Source: Verrucomicrobiota bacterium (GTDB taxonomy: Bacteria > Verrucomicrobiota > Verrucomicrobiia > Opitutales > Coraliomargaritaceae). From it: a stretch of DNA of 64,000 bases. A program made the position numbers and the translations under genes. Numbering within the stretch: position 1 is the first letter of the stretch; the number at the start of each line of letters is the position of its first letter. The stretch lies in contig JBCBZJ010000001.1 in assembly GCA_039815375.1 (NCBI GenBank), positions 192,001-256,000 of the forward strand. The letters are read 5' to 3'. Shown here in pieces: positions 19,854-29,672 of this stretch. The notes beneath the pieces are model-generated. The model worked only from the letters and a program-made list of their open reading frames with translations, did no database searches and was not told the DNA's origin.

Positions 19854-20627
19854 CTACTCAGTAGGAGCTGCTGGTTTCGCGAGTGGATCGTAGGTTTCCT
19901 GATCGACGAAAGCGTCGACGAGATCGCCGCCGGTTTCGACTGTCTTAAGGATCTCGGCATTTAGTCGGTTACGGTAAACGAAGTAGGCGATCATGGCGGG
20001 AATGCCGATAGTCAGTCCAGTTGCGGTAGTTACGAGTGCTTCACCGATGTCTTCTGCCAGAGCCGAAGGATCGCCCATGCCGACCTGGCCAATGGTTTGG
20101 AATGCGCTGATCATGCCGCTGACGGTTCCCAAAAGACCAATCATCGGTGCGACTGCGGCGACTACGTTGAGATAGTTGATCCATTGGCTGATGGAGCCGT
20201 CCTCGCTCTCGATCACATCCATAAAGGTAGCTTCGACCTTCTCTTTGTTGCCGTCTGGCTGGTCGGGCCGCGACTTACTTAGGGCGCTGGCGAGGCTGCG
20301 AGTGAGGACGCTAGGTGTGCTCTGGCAGATGCTAAAGGCTTTTTGCACATCGCGTGCTGCAAGTGCATCCGAAAGGGGGCTGATTGATGCGACTGGAACA
20401 AAGCGCTTGGGCACAGTTTCCTTCCAGCAGTAAAAAACGAGGAAAAACATGAAGAGCGCAGATAGACCGAGTGGATACATCGCCCATCCACCTTGTTGGA
20501 GTAATCCAAATAGAGACGTATTCTGGGTGGCCGCAGCTTCAGCGGTTTCCTGACCAAAAAGCGAGGTTGTTGCGACAAGCAGAAGGAGAAAGCCTGCGGC
20601 AATGAATTTGATATTTCGATTTCGCAT
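19854..20627 (-). CDS. exbB: MotA/TolQ/ExbB proton channel protein
   Basis: APMIGLLGTVSGMI, ALVTTATGL. Confidence 0.92.
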   Translation of the reverse strand: MRNRNIKFIAAGFLLLLVATTSLFGQETAEAAATQNTSLFGLLQQGGWAMYPLGLSALFMFFLVFYCWKETVPKRFVPVASISPLSDALAARDVQKAFSICQSTPSVLTRSLASALSKSRPDQPDGNKEKVEATFMDVIESEDGSISQWINYLNVVAAVAPMIGLLGTVSGMISAFQTIGQVGMGDPSALAEDIGEALVTTATGLTIGIPAMIAYFVYRNRLNAEILKTVETGGDLVDAFVDQETYDPLAKPAAPTE

Positions 20628-20653
20628 GTTCGTTAGTGATTAAATGTGTTGGG

Positions 20654-21700
20654 TTAGTTGTAAATTCGTGTTGGTAGCGATTCAACGGGATCGACTGGGG
20701 AAGGCGTTTGCAGGGGCTCCAGTTCGTGTATTTCGAGCTCTTTTTCGGCATTCTCTGTGACTTGGAGCTCTTCCGGCTCGGAGATTTCCAGATGAAAGAA
20801 CTCTGGTGCTTTTCCACTCAGGGCGGCCACATAGTCCGGCCATTTCATGCCGCGTTTCTGCATTTCGACGGCAAGCCGTTGCGGCTCTTCCTTCAGGCGG
20901 AGCTCCTCTGCTGAAAGGATGGCAAGCGCGTAGCATACATCAAGGTGGGCCATCGGCATTTGATTGGAAAAAGCGACAGGGTGCATCGCTGTCCAGAACG
21001 CGCGCTCAAAATCTTCATTTTGGAAATGCAGCTCGGCCAGCAGACGCCAGCCTAAGGCAGAATTTCCTGCCGGCTTGGCCTTCTGGATCCATTTACGTGC
21101 TTCTTCTTCGGCCTCCTCTTTCATCCCGCCGTCGAAGAAGGCAAGCAACAGATTCTCCTCCAGCTGGACGCGAATCGACTCATCTTCGATAAAGGGTTTG
21201 ATGAGGTCGATGATCGCAACGGCCCTTAGAGGTTTGTTGTTGAGGAGAGCAAAGTCTGCATAATCGATGAAAATGCCGAGGTCGCGTTGACTGAGCAGAC
21301 TCAGGTAGGGTCCCTGCTGCTGGTAAAAGGCACGATAAAGTTCGAACACATCCTCGACGCGCTCCGGACTGTCTTTCCAATCGGGAAGCAATTGCTTGTA
21401 TTTGGATCCGGGGAAACGAATTCCTTGTATCTCCGACGCGGGAAAGGTCATTTCAGCGGCACCGCCTCCAAGTGAAACTCGAAGCTTAAGTGTCGTGCCA
21501 TCCCAATCTGATACCATACCAGTTTGGGATTGTCCGCTTTCAAGGCCTATCGTCAGGGGGCCTTGGAGGACTTGCCGGACATTATTTACGCTTGGGCTCT
21601 CTTGAGCGAAGAGAGAGGAGGTCGCGAAGGAGGTGATGGTGACGGCCAGTCTGGCGGTCTTCGTTAGTGAAAGCACTCGACTGTCTATACAAATTCTCAT
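20654..21700 (-). CDS. Exported TPR-like hypothetical protein
   Basis: Signal peptide, helical repeats, translationally coupled to upstream TPR gene. Confidence 0.7.
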   Translation of the reverse strand: MRICIDSRVLSLTKTARLAVTITSFATSSLFAQESPSVNNVRQVLQGPLTIGLESGQSQTGMVSDWDGTTLKLRVSLGGGAAEMTFPASEIQGIRFPGSKYKQLLPDWKDSPERVEDVFELYRAFYQQQGPYLSLLSQRDLGIFIDYADFALLNNKPLRAVAIIDLIKPFIEDESIRVQLEENLLLAFFDGGMKEEAEEEARKWIQKAKPAGNSALGWRLLAELHFQNEDFERAFWTAMHPVAFSNQMPMAHLDVCYALAILSAEELRLKEEPQRLAVEMQKRGMKWPDYVAALSGKAPEFFHLEISEPEELQVTENAEKELEIHELEPLQTPSPVDPVESLPTRIYN

Positions 21701-24594
21701 TCCACACTCTCGGGGCCCACCCCGATCATTTCTTCAGCCGTTTCGTCAAGCGCTCCCGATGGAAGCGCCGCATAGAGACTGTCGCGCTTTGTTTCGGCTT
21801 GCTCCGCAATCGGCAGTTTGGTGATTGCCGGGTTCGATAGCATTTCGTCCAGTGTTCTGTAGGCCACGAGAGGATCACCGAGCTGTTCAAAGTGCAGCGC
21901 GCTCATCCAGTAAGCTTCCGCAGCCAGTTCAGGATAGGCTCGATAGACATTATAGACGCGCTGAGCGTAGGGGATCGCACGTTTGATATTTCCTGCACTT
22001 TCCGCATTCCGGCTCAGGGCAATGAGTGCCTTTGCGTGTGGACGTCCTTTCGCAGTCCGAAGCTTGAGCAGATCCTCGAGAACTGTTTCGGCTTCTTCGT
22101 ATTTGGCGGTTTCGGTTAATGCCTCGGCGTAATCAAGTGTCACCTTGGTCGAGAGCGGATGCAGCGGTGTCTCTGCCCGAAAGCGGGCCAGTTGAATTCT
22201 TGCGTCTTCATACTTCCCCTCTTGAAGATGAAGTCGTGCCCGCGCAAAATAAGCATAGCTTCGATGGAGGCTGTCGGGATACTCATCCTCCAGGCGTTCC
22301 AGATAGTCTTCGCTGACGCGGGGGTAACGGTCCACGAGTTCTGACGCGATTCTACCCAGACCCTCGGCGTCGATTCGTTCGATCGGGACTTGCTCGATCA
22401 CCTCGAAGATAAAGCTGGCCGGGTCTTCCGGAGGAAGCATCGATTGTAGGTAAAAGCTCAATCGCGAGAAATAAGTCAGGCGATCGTCTTCAAGGGCGGC
22501 TGCCCGAGCTTCATCGATCCAGGCTTTGAGCGCCTCCTCGCGTTCTTTCCGGCTGAGTTGGCTAAGTCGTTTCTCGATGCGTGCGTAGGCATCAATAATT
22601 GTTGGAACCTCACCTGAGTCGAGATCGTCTCCATAGAGGTCGAGGGCCTGCTTGAAGACGGCGCGAGCAAGTTCTTCGCTACTACGTTCGGTGTGGGTCC
22701 ATCCGATCCAATAGAGTGCTTCGCTGATGCGGTCTTTCCGGACGACATCTTCGCGATCGAGGTATTTTTGAAAGTGTTCAATGTGGGTTTCGAGGAAACG
22801 CTCGCGGACTTCAGGATCCTCCGCCGCTCCTGCGACAGCACGTAGAATCTTGCCGGCCTGAAAAACAGAATAGACGAACAGGTGTCCTGCTTCCGGGCTG
22901 ATATCCATGAAAATTCCTCGAGCTGTGGCGAGTTCACCACGACCCATTTCGATATCTCCGAGTAAGACGCGCGCCTGATCAATGCGAGTATGTAAAGGAT
23001 AGGCCTTCAGGTAGTCATTGATGGCAGTGAGCGCAGACTCATAGTCACGCTTTGCATAAAGCGTCGCCGCCTTATGGTAGGCGATCTCGGGCTCCAGTCG
23101 GTCGCTTTTGACTGACTGGGCCAATTCATCCAAAGCCATGAAAGCGGTATCGTAGTTGCGTTCCGTAAAGAAGGTCAACGCGCGCCATAGACGTGCTTCT
23201 TCAAAAAGATCGTTGTCCGGGTAACTTGCGATGAAGTTTTCAAAATCCATCCGAGCCTGGATCGGATCATTCATGTAGTTGTGATTAAATCCTCTCAGGA
23301 ATAGAGTTCTGGCTGCCAGGCGATGGTCTTGATGATTCTCTAGGAAAGTGGTAAATACTTCGATCGATTTTGGATACTCCTTCGCCTCTTGATAGGTGCT
23401 GCCCAGAAGATAAAGCGCATCGGGAACCAGTGGAGAATCGGGGAAACGTTTACTGAAGCCTTTGGCGATCTTGTAAGCATCCTCCCAGACGCCGACCTCG
23501 ATGGCAGCAAGTATCCAGCGGTAGTGGGCTTCAGATTGCTCTCGTTCGGACAACTCAGGATTTCTCGCCAGGCTTTCAAAAATGATCCACGCTTCACGCG
23601 GCCGGTTGGCAAGGAGATAGGCCTGCCCGAATGCCTGATATAGACCGGCCGTGTAGTCCTCTGCCTGTTGAAGGCCTTCGAGTTGAGCTTCAAGTTGCGC
23701 AATCAATCTTCTGTAGAACAAGGTCCAGAACTGGCCACCCTGATAAAGCCCAACGCTCATTCGACGAGACTCGAACCGAGCCCTAACTTCCTGCAGGCGG
23801 CGCGCCTGTCCTTTCACAAGTTCATCGTAGGGCGGGACCAGCCGATAGCATGCGATTGCATCATCATAATCGCCCGATTCAAGAAGTTTGCTCCCGAGTT
23901 TCAAAGCAGCAAAGGCAAGCACAGCCAGTTCCGGCATGTCCTGGATCGACCACTCCGAATTCAGAATATAGTCTTTGGCCCGATCCTGTAGGCCGAGTTC
24001 CAGGGACTTCTGTAGTGCAAACAAGCGAGCTTTCGACCGCAGCGCCCCATTACGTTGGCTCTGGTAAAGCTTATCCAGTGTATCAAGTGCCTCATCGTTC
24101 CGGCTAGACTCGAACATCAACCGAACCGCTTCTAGAGTAGCGAGAGCCGCCTCCGCTCGGGCTGGATTGAGGGCAACAAATTCCTTGTAGGTCTCAATTG
24201 CCTGATCGATATCTCCTTGTTCGGTATGGGCACGGGCGAGATTGAACACGACGAAACTGACCCGTGACTGATCCTCAGGATACTTTTCGATGAAACCCTC
24301 GAAAAGCGATACCGCCTTTTCGGTTTGGCCTCCCATAAGGGCCGAGTAACCATGAAGTGGAAGCAGCGTGATCTGGGAAACTTTGGTTGCGAGCTCGGGT
24401 TCCGACCCGAACTCCTCATCAATGATTTCAAAAACCTCAAATGCACCGGAGTAGTCGCCCGCAGCCAATGCCGCTTGTCCTTTTGCCAAGGCCTCCTGCA
24501 GAGTCAGTGCACTTTCAGATTCTGCCAAACAATGGCTAGTCCACGTCAAAAGCGAGGCAAAGCCAAGAATAGCAGATTTCGTTTTCTTTAGCAT
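21697..24594 (-). CDS. Large periplasmic TPR protein
   Basis: Signal peptide; many BamD/CpoB-like TPRs (FPDSPLVPDALYLLG, YPDSLHR). Confidence 0.85.
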   Translation of the reverse strand: MLKKTKSAILGFASLLTWTSHCLAESESALTLQEALAKGQAALAAGDYSGAFEVFEIIDEEFGSEPELATKVSQITLLPLHGYSALMGGQTEKAVSLFEGFIEKYPEDQSRVSFVVFNLARAHTEQGDIDQAIETYKEFVALNPARAEAALATLEAVRLMFESSRNDEALDTLDKLYQSQRNGALRSKARLFALQKSLELGLQDRAKDYILNSEWSIQDMPELAVLAFAALKLGSKLLESGDYDDAIACYRLVPPYDELVKGQARRLQEVRARFESRRMSVGLYQGGQFWTLFYRRLIAQLEAQLEGLQQAEDYTAGLYQAFGQAYLLANRPREAWIIFESLARNPELSEREQSEAHYRWILAAIEVGVWEDAYKIAKGFSKRFPDSPLVPDALYLLGSTYQEAKEYPKSIEVFTTFLENHQDHRLAARTLFLRGFNHNYMNDPIQARMDFENFIASYPDNDLFEEARLWRALTFFTERNYDTAFMALDELAQSVKSDRLEPEIAYHKAATLYAKRDYESALTAINDYLKAYPLHTRIDQARVLLGDIEMGRGELATARGIFMDISPEAGHLFVYSVFQAGKILRAVAGAAEDPEVRERFLETHIEHFQKYLDREDVVRKDRISEALYWIGWTHTERSSEELARAVFKQALDLYGDDLDSGEVPTIIDAYARIEKRLSQLSRKEREEALKAWIDEARAAALEDDRLTYFSRLSFYLQSMLPPEDPASFIFEVIEQVPIERIDAEGLGRIASELVDRYPRVSEDYLERLEDEYPDSLHRSYAYFARARLHLQEGKYEDARIQLARFRAETPLHPLSTKVTLDYAEALTETAKYEEAETVLEDLLKLRTAKGRPHAKALIALSRNAESAGNIKRAIPYAQRVYNVYRAYPELAAEAYWMSALHFEQLGDPLVAYRTLDEMLSNPAITKLPIAEQAETKRDSLYAALPSGALDETAEEMIGVGPESVE

Positions 24595-24614
24595 GCTGAG
24601 ATTTGAAAATACTG

Positions 24615-24655
24615 GCGGAAAAACCTAATCTTTATTTAGAATTAGGTTTTACCGC
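24615..24655. other. Intergenic stem-loop (mRNA stabiliser or partial terminator)
   Basis: GCGGAAAAACCTAAT...ATTAGGTTTTACCGC between the 1404-aa gene and the TPR gene; no clear U-tract. Confidence 0.5.
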
Positions 24656-24676
24656 AAGTAAGTAAAAGAAGCTGCT

Positions 24677-27600
24677 TTAGTTGGAAGAGTCTGCCGTAAT
24701 ATCGAGCCTCAGGAAGCGCTCCGGATCAGATGGCGGCGTAGTCTCCGTGTAACTACGTGTGAAGGTTCCGTCGCCATTATCGATCACGCTGGTCGTGAAT
24801 TCGACCGAGGCAAAATCGACTGTCAGATCACTGGTCGCGAGCAGAATGACGGTGATTCCATCCGGCTCATTCTCAAGATCGCTTGTCAGGGTAAGCGCGA
24901 GTGTTCCATCTGAATCGATGCTGTAGCGAATGAAGTCCGGCCCCGAGCCATCCCCAAATCCGGCAAGGTATTCTTCGATCACCGTGAAACCATTGTCATT
25001 GATATCAGTTTCAAGGTCGCCGGCCGTTAATGAACGAGCCGCAAGGTAGTCGCCGAGTGGATCAGAAGCCGATAAAGCATCAACGACTATATTGTCGATG
25101 AACCATTGTTCTGAACCAGTATCGGTTCCGTCTGCAGTATATTTGAATGCGAAATAGACGCCGGTTTGGCCTTCAAGTAAGGCAGGAAGAGCAATATCAC
25201 CGGAGGACGATGATGAGAAGTTTTCGTCCGCAGAGGTGTCCGTAAAAGTGAAATTCACCGTTGTCCAAATCACTCCAACTGCCTCTGGGTCCCCTGATCC
25301 AGAATAATTTGTCGAGTAGAGTAATTCAAGATCAGGACCATCAAATGCTTCACCATAATCGAATGCGATGGTGACATCAGAAACACCTGTGAAGTCAAAT
25401 GCAGGTGAGACTAAATAATGATTCTCTGTCGAAGGTCCGTCAGCAAAGCCGTCTGCCTCTGCGCGTTCATCTGCATTATCAATTACCCAAGGGAAACTTC
25501 CGGCTACGGTTTGGTTGACCCATGTGGAGATCCCACTGAAGTCCTCTGTAATCGGATAGGTCGGAAGAACAGGTCCTGAACCGTCTGGATGGATGCCTGG
25601 GGTCATATCTTCAACGTTCGCAACACCATTCGGATTGGTGTCCGCATCGCTGTTGATTGTCCATTCTGAGACATTGAAGGTCGTATTTCCAGATGTGATT
25701 TCCGCGTTGCGAACAGCGCGACCATCTTGGAACCAACGGTCGTCTGAATTTTGTGCCTGTGTGCCAGGGGTGCCATAGATGTCCACCAGTGTGCCGGTGG
25801 ATTGACCGCCGCCAAAGCGAAGTTCAAAGTTATCGTCACCGTTACTGCTAGGGCCGCCGCCTTGATCTTCCGCAAGGCCATAGACCGCGTCGAAGTTTGT
25901 GGCATCTTGAGCGATTACGTAAGTGCCACCGGCAGGTATTGTTCCGGTGAGTGCCAACTCAGAACCGCTGCTGTTCGCGTTGAAATAAGTGATCAAATTC
26001 CAGTTACCTGCGCTTAGGTCGACAGTAGCATCCGAAGCATTGTAGAGCTCGACAAATCTTCCGTCTCCGCCGTTGTCGTTGGGGTCTGCGATTTCTGAGA
26101 TAAAGACGGCAGGGATAACAATGTCATCGTCTTGAATCGTTAATGTAATTGTATCTGCAGAACTAATTTCAGCACTTGCATTGTTGGAGATGAGGTTGGA
26201 GAGGTCGAAGAGTGCGTTCTCATTTCCTTCGGCATCGTTATCGTCCGTGATTGTGACAGTAACGGTTTGCTGGTCACCCGATAAAGAGTTTGCCGGGAAT
26301 ACAACAGTCTGAGTTGTGTAACCTGCAATGTCTGAAGTATCTGCAGTGCTTGAGGCAGAATTGAAGACAACGTCGATAGAAACGCTGTTGGAACCGTCAG
26401 GGTTTGAAATCTCAAGAGTAAGGTCTGCAGAAACCCCATCTTCAGCAACGGCGATCGAAATCTCTGAAAAGCCGACTATAGTAGGAACTGTGGCAAGTGC
26501 GGTTGTACCGAGAAATTCGTCTTCGCCAAAGCTTGCCTCGTCGACAATACTGTTCGTGACTTCAGTCCAGATAGAAGCAAACTGAGTGGAAGTTGCGTTG
26601 GAACCTGCACTCAGGTCATAGCCTTGGAAGGCACCTGCACGAACAAAGCTGGTGTTCGCACCTTCATTTCCGCTATTCGTAAAACCAATCGCATCTACGA
26701 TATTCGAAGGATCTGGAGTCGTGCTATTGTAGATAACAATCGAGTCGTTGCCGTTGAAAGTCAAGGCACCTGGAAAGCCCTGGGTAAGCGCAGTGCTAGC
26801 CGCTGGAATCGGCGAAGCTGCACTGGAATTGGCAAGAACTACAGTTTGATTTGGGTCGAGTGTCCCTAGAGGTGTTAGATCAAGTGTGTCATAATCATCG
26901 ACTGGTGCCGAAGTGGCTGTCTTGTATTCCTCTGCACGGGCGTTGCCCCAGCGTGCAATGATATAGCCTGTTAAATCGATCGGGCTGGCACCGACGTTTG
27001 TGATCTCGATGTATTTGTTGTTACTTGAGCCTTCATAGTACTGGGAGATGATAAGATCTCCGGATACTGCTGGTATGTCGACGTCAACAACGGTGATATC
27101 GATTGTATCAAGAGTGAACCCTGTGGCATTTGCTGTCAGGGCGACAATTTGATCGGTATCAAAGAGGTTGTCGGTCTGGCCATTGACGTTGAAGTCAATG
27201 CTGTTGGTTGCGTCGAGCACCGTTACGCTGGCAGGGAAGGTGAGTTCGGAACCATCGTCGTTGCTACTTAGGAAAATCTCGGTGTCGCCGCTGGCATTTG
27301 ATGGTAGCGTCAAGGTAACTACCAAGGTAGCGCCTTCGTTTACTGACATAGGTGTTGCGCTCAGTGTGATGGACGAATCGCTCGAAGCGTTGCCGATAAC
27401 TAAGGGGTTCTGTAAATCCCAGTCACGTCCATCATCTTCGACTCCACCGGTAATATACTTGAAGCCCAGACGAACGGTGTTGCCGGAAATCGTGCTTAAA
27501 TCGACTGAAGTAGACGTGTAGGGTGTCTGTGAACCGGTAGATTTATTGGCATCGAATTCCGCATTTGTTGTGGTAAACGGAAGCCATGTAGTTGTTGTGG

Positions 27601-28891
27601 GATCACCTGTGTAATTTGTCGTATAAAATAGCTCTAGTCCGACTGCGTTTGGATCTTCGAAGTTACTTCGGTAGTCGAACTCGAAGGTCTCGTCTTCGAA
27701 ACTGTCCAAATCTATTTCGGGTGAGATCAGCCAGTCTTCTTCTGGGTTTGTACCCCCGAAGCCGTTGCAGCTAGCAAAGGTTCCGCTGACAAACCAAGAA
27801 TCGTCACCGGCTACATCAACTGCCGTCCAGTCATCGAAGTTGTCAGCAGTTTGCAAAGCAAAGGTGCTGGTGGTGGCGGAAACCGAAGAAGTGCTGTTGG
27901 AGTATGTTGTGCTGCCATCGACCGAGAAAGCGACGATGTAGTAAGTTGTCCCTGGGGCTAAGCCTGTGATGGTTGCCGGAGAGCTTGAGAAGACGCCTGC
28001 TACGATGCCTCCGCCAGGGATTAAATCGCCTGGGGTGTAAGTTGTAGAATCGACGGGCGCACCGAAGCTGTCTTCTATGTTGTAAACAACTAGAGTGTCA
28101 TTCGAGCTGTCGGGAGTGAAGGTTAGAACGATTTGATCTTTATTGTTTGGAGCTGTATCTGGGATGGCGGAAAGTACTGTTGGTGCTTGAGGACCTGAAG
28201 GTGGCGTAGAAACCTGCACAACTAGATTGTCCATTGCGAAGTTGTCTGTGCCGTTGTCGTTTGAGAACTCTGCCCTGATTTCGAGCGTCGATTCAGTTCC
28301 GCTAAGTGAAAATGTATTACTAATATTAGTCGAAGCAATGGATAGAGCGGTTGCACTTGAATCGCCGGTTGTTCCTGAGAAGTCGGTGATCTCGTATACA
28401 TCGCTGTTGTTCAAGCCGACTTGACCACCAACGCCTAGGATTGGAGTCCACGTTCCGCCATCTAGACGGTAGGAGACTACGATGTAGTCGTTTGAGTCAG
28501 CCTGTGTGCTTGCAAAGTCTGCACTGATCTCAAGAAATGTTTCGCCGCTTAGCGAGATGCTGCTCCATGTAAGCGTGTATGGGAGAACTGGGCCGTCTCC
28601 ATCCATATCTTCGTTAATGAGATAGAAGTTATCAAAGCCGGTATAGGCCTCGCTGCCACTTGGCTCGCTTCCCGAGCCGAAATTGTCTCCATCGGCAGCA
28701 ATATCGATAATTCCAAAGTAATCACTTGCGTCGTCACTAAAGAAGGTTGCAGAAGCAACGTTTCCGTCGGTGATCGCAAAGCCCGTATCGCTGTCAAACG
28801 TCTCATTCAGGAGTTGAGCCGAGGAATTTTGCCCAAGAGTGAAAAAAATAGCAGTGATAACTAAGCGTAGGTTATTCATGTGTCTTTTCAT
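24677..28891 (-). CDS. Large secreted multidomain protein (FN3, two LTD, Calx-beta-like, two beta-sandwich repeats)
   Basis: Signal peptide; LIISQYYEGSSNNKYIEI and FISEIADP..RFVELYN LTD motifs; DWLISPEIDL/HYLVSPAFDF repeats; DINDNGFTVIEEYLAG...RFLRL C-terminus. Confidence 0.8.
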   Translation of the reverse strand: MKRHMNNLRLVITAIFFTLGQNSSAQLLNETFDSDTGFAITDGNVASATFFSDDASDYFGIIDIAADGDNFGSGSEPSGSEAYTGFDNFYLINEDMDGDGPVLPYTLTWSSISLSGETFLEISADFASTQADSNDYIVVSYRLDGGTWTPILGVGGQVGLNNSDVYEITDFSGTTGDSSATALSIASTNISNTFSLSGTESTLEIRAEFSNDNGTDNFAMDNLVVQVSTPPSGPQAPTVLSAIPDTAPNNKDQIVLTFTPDSSNDTLVVYNIEDSFGAPVDSTTYTPGDLIPGGGIVAGVFSSSPATITGLAPGTTYYIVAFSVDGSTTYSNSTSSVSATTSTFALQTADNFDDWTAVDVAGDDSWFVSGTFASCNGFGGTNPEEDWLISPEIDLDSFEDETFEFDYRSNFEDPNAVGLELFYTTNYTGDPTTTTWLPFTTTNAEFDANKSTGSQTPYTSTSVDLSTISGNTVRLGFKYITGGVEDDGRDWDLQNPLVIGNASSDSSITLSATPMSVNEGATLVVTLTLPSNASGDTEIFLSSNDDGSELTFPASVTVLDATNSIDFNVNGQTDNLFDTDQIVALTANATGFTLDTIDITVVDVDIPAVSGDLIISQYYEGSSNNKYIEITNVGASPIDLTGYIIARWGNARAEEYKTATSAPVDDYDTLDLTPLGTLDPNQTVVLANSSAASPIPAASTALTQGFPGALTFNGNDSIVIYNSTTPDPSNIVDAIGFTNSGNEGANTSFVRAGAFQGYDLSAGSNATSTQFASIWTEVTNSIVDEASFGEDEFLGTTALATVPTIVGFSEISIAVAEDGVSADLTLEISNPDGSNSVSIDVVFNSASSTADTSDIAGYTTQTVVFPANSLSGDQQTVTVTITDDNDAEGNENALFDLSNLISNNASAEISSADTITLTIQDDDIVIPAVFISEIADPNDNGGDGRFVELYNASDATVDLSAGNWNLITYFNANSSGSELALTGTIPAGGTYVIAQDATNFDAVYGLAEDQGGGPSSNGDDNFELRFGGGQSTGTLVDIYGTPGTQAQNSDDRWFQDGRAVRNAEITSGNTTFNVSEWTINSDADTNPNGVANVEDMTPGIHPDGSGPVLPTYPITEDFSGISTWVNQTVAGSFPWVIDNADERAEADGFADGPSTENHYLVSPAFDFTGVSDVTIAFDYGEAFDGPDLELLYSTNYSGSGDPEAVGVIWTTVNFTFTDTSADENFSSSSSGDIALPALLEGQTGVYFAFKYTADGTDTGSEQWFIDNIVVDALSASDPLGDYLAARSLTAGDLETDINDNGFTVIEEYLAGFGDGSGPDFIRYSIDSDGTLALTLTSDLENEPDGITVILLATSDLTVDFASVEFTTSVIDNGDGTFTRSYTETTPPSDPERFLRLDITADSSN

Positions 28892-28913
28892 TGGCTGTTT
28901 TGTCTTCCATTTT

Positions 28914-29672
28914 CTAGGGCTCTAAGACGTCAGAAGATCCTCGAGAGCCAGTATATTCGGTAAGTCGTTGAGTTCGGATACGAAAACTATTGGGGTTTTT
29001 CGGGCTGCGAAGGATCATCAGAGTTCTTCGATCAGGTGAAAAACGAAGTTTATTCATTAACACTTTTTGATATCCTTCTTCCCTTTCGATGACTAGCCCT
29101 ATCGGAGTTGGCTCTTCGAAGTAACCATTTAAGTCGATCGGTTCAGAAGCACCTGGAGCGAGTCTTAGTCGCTCTTCGCCGAGGATTCCGAAAAATGTTG
29201 CTCCTGTTGTATTAAAGAATACGAGCGAGTCTTCAGGAAAAGTGTTGGGAGAGTCGAACATGAACGAAACATTGTAGGTTTCGGTTTCACTTAGCGGTAA
29301 GAAGAAAAGCATTATGTCATCTCTCAATTTGCCCTCTCCTGGGTCGATAGTACCAACTCTTTGAAATTCAATTACTCCTTCGCTATTAGTCATTTCACGA
29401 AAGAAAACCACAGGGGTCGGACCATTGTAAGAGAAACCTAGCGTTCGCTCATGAGGATTAAAAAGAAGCTCCTTGGTTCCTTTTTCTGGGTCACCATTGG
29501 GTGCGTAGAGAATACCTGTCCAATTTCCAGGTTCTAGCGGAAAGACCGAAAAATCAAAACTGACCCGAGCGGTTCCATCTACGTCTTGGCAAAAGCCCGA
29601 AAAATTAAGGCCGACGCTTAAAGCGTAGACTAATATGAGTTTAACTTGGTTCATCGGCGAGGAATCGGACAC
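28914..29672 (-). CDS. Exported hypothetical protein, partner of PilX-like gene
   Basis: 252 aa, signal peptide-like N-terminus, overlaps upstream gene end. Confidence 0.7.
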   Translation of the reverse strand: MSDSSPMNQVKLILVYALSVGLNFSGFCQDVDGTARVSFDFSVFPLEPGNWTGILYAPNGDPEKGTKELLFNPHERTLGFSYNGPTPVVFFREMTNSEGVIEFQRVGTIDPGEGKLRDDIMLFFLPLSETETYNVSFMFDSPNTFPEDSLVFFNTTGATFFGILGEERLRLAPGASEPIDLNGYFEEPTPIGLVIEREEGYQKVLMNKLRFSPDRRTLMILRSPKNPNSFRIRTQRLTEYTGSRGSSDVLEP

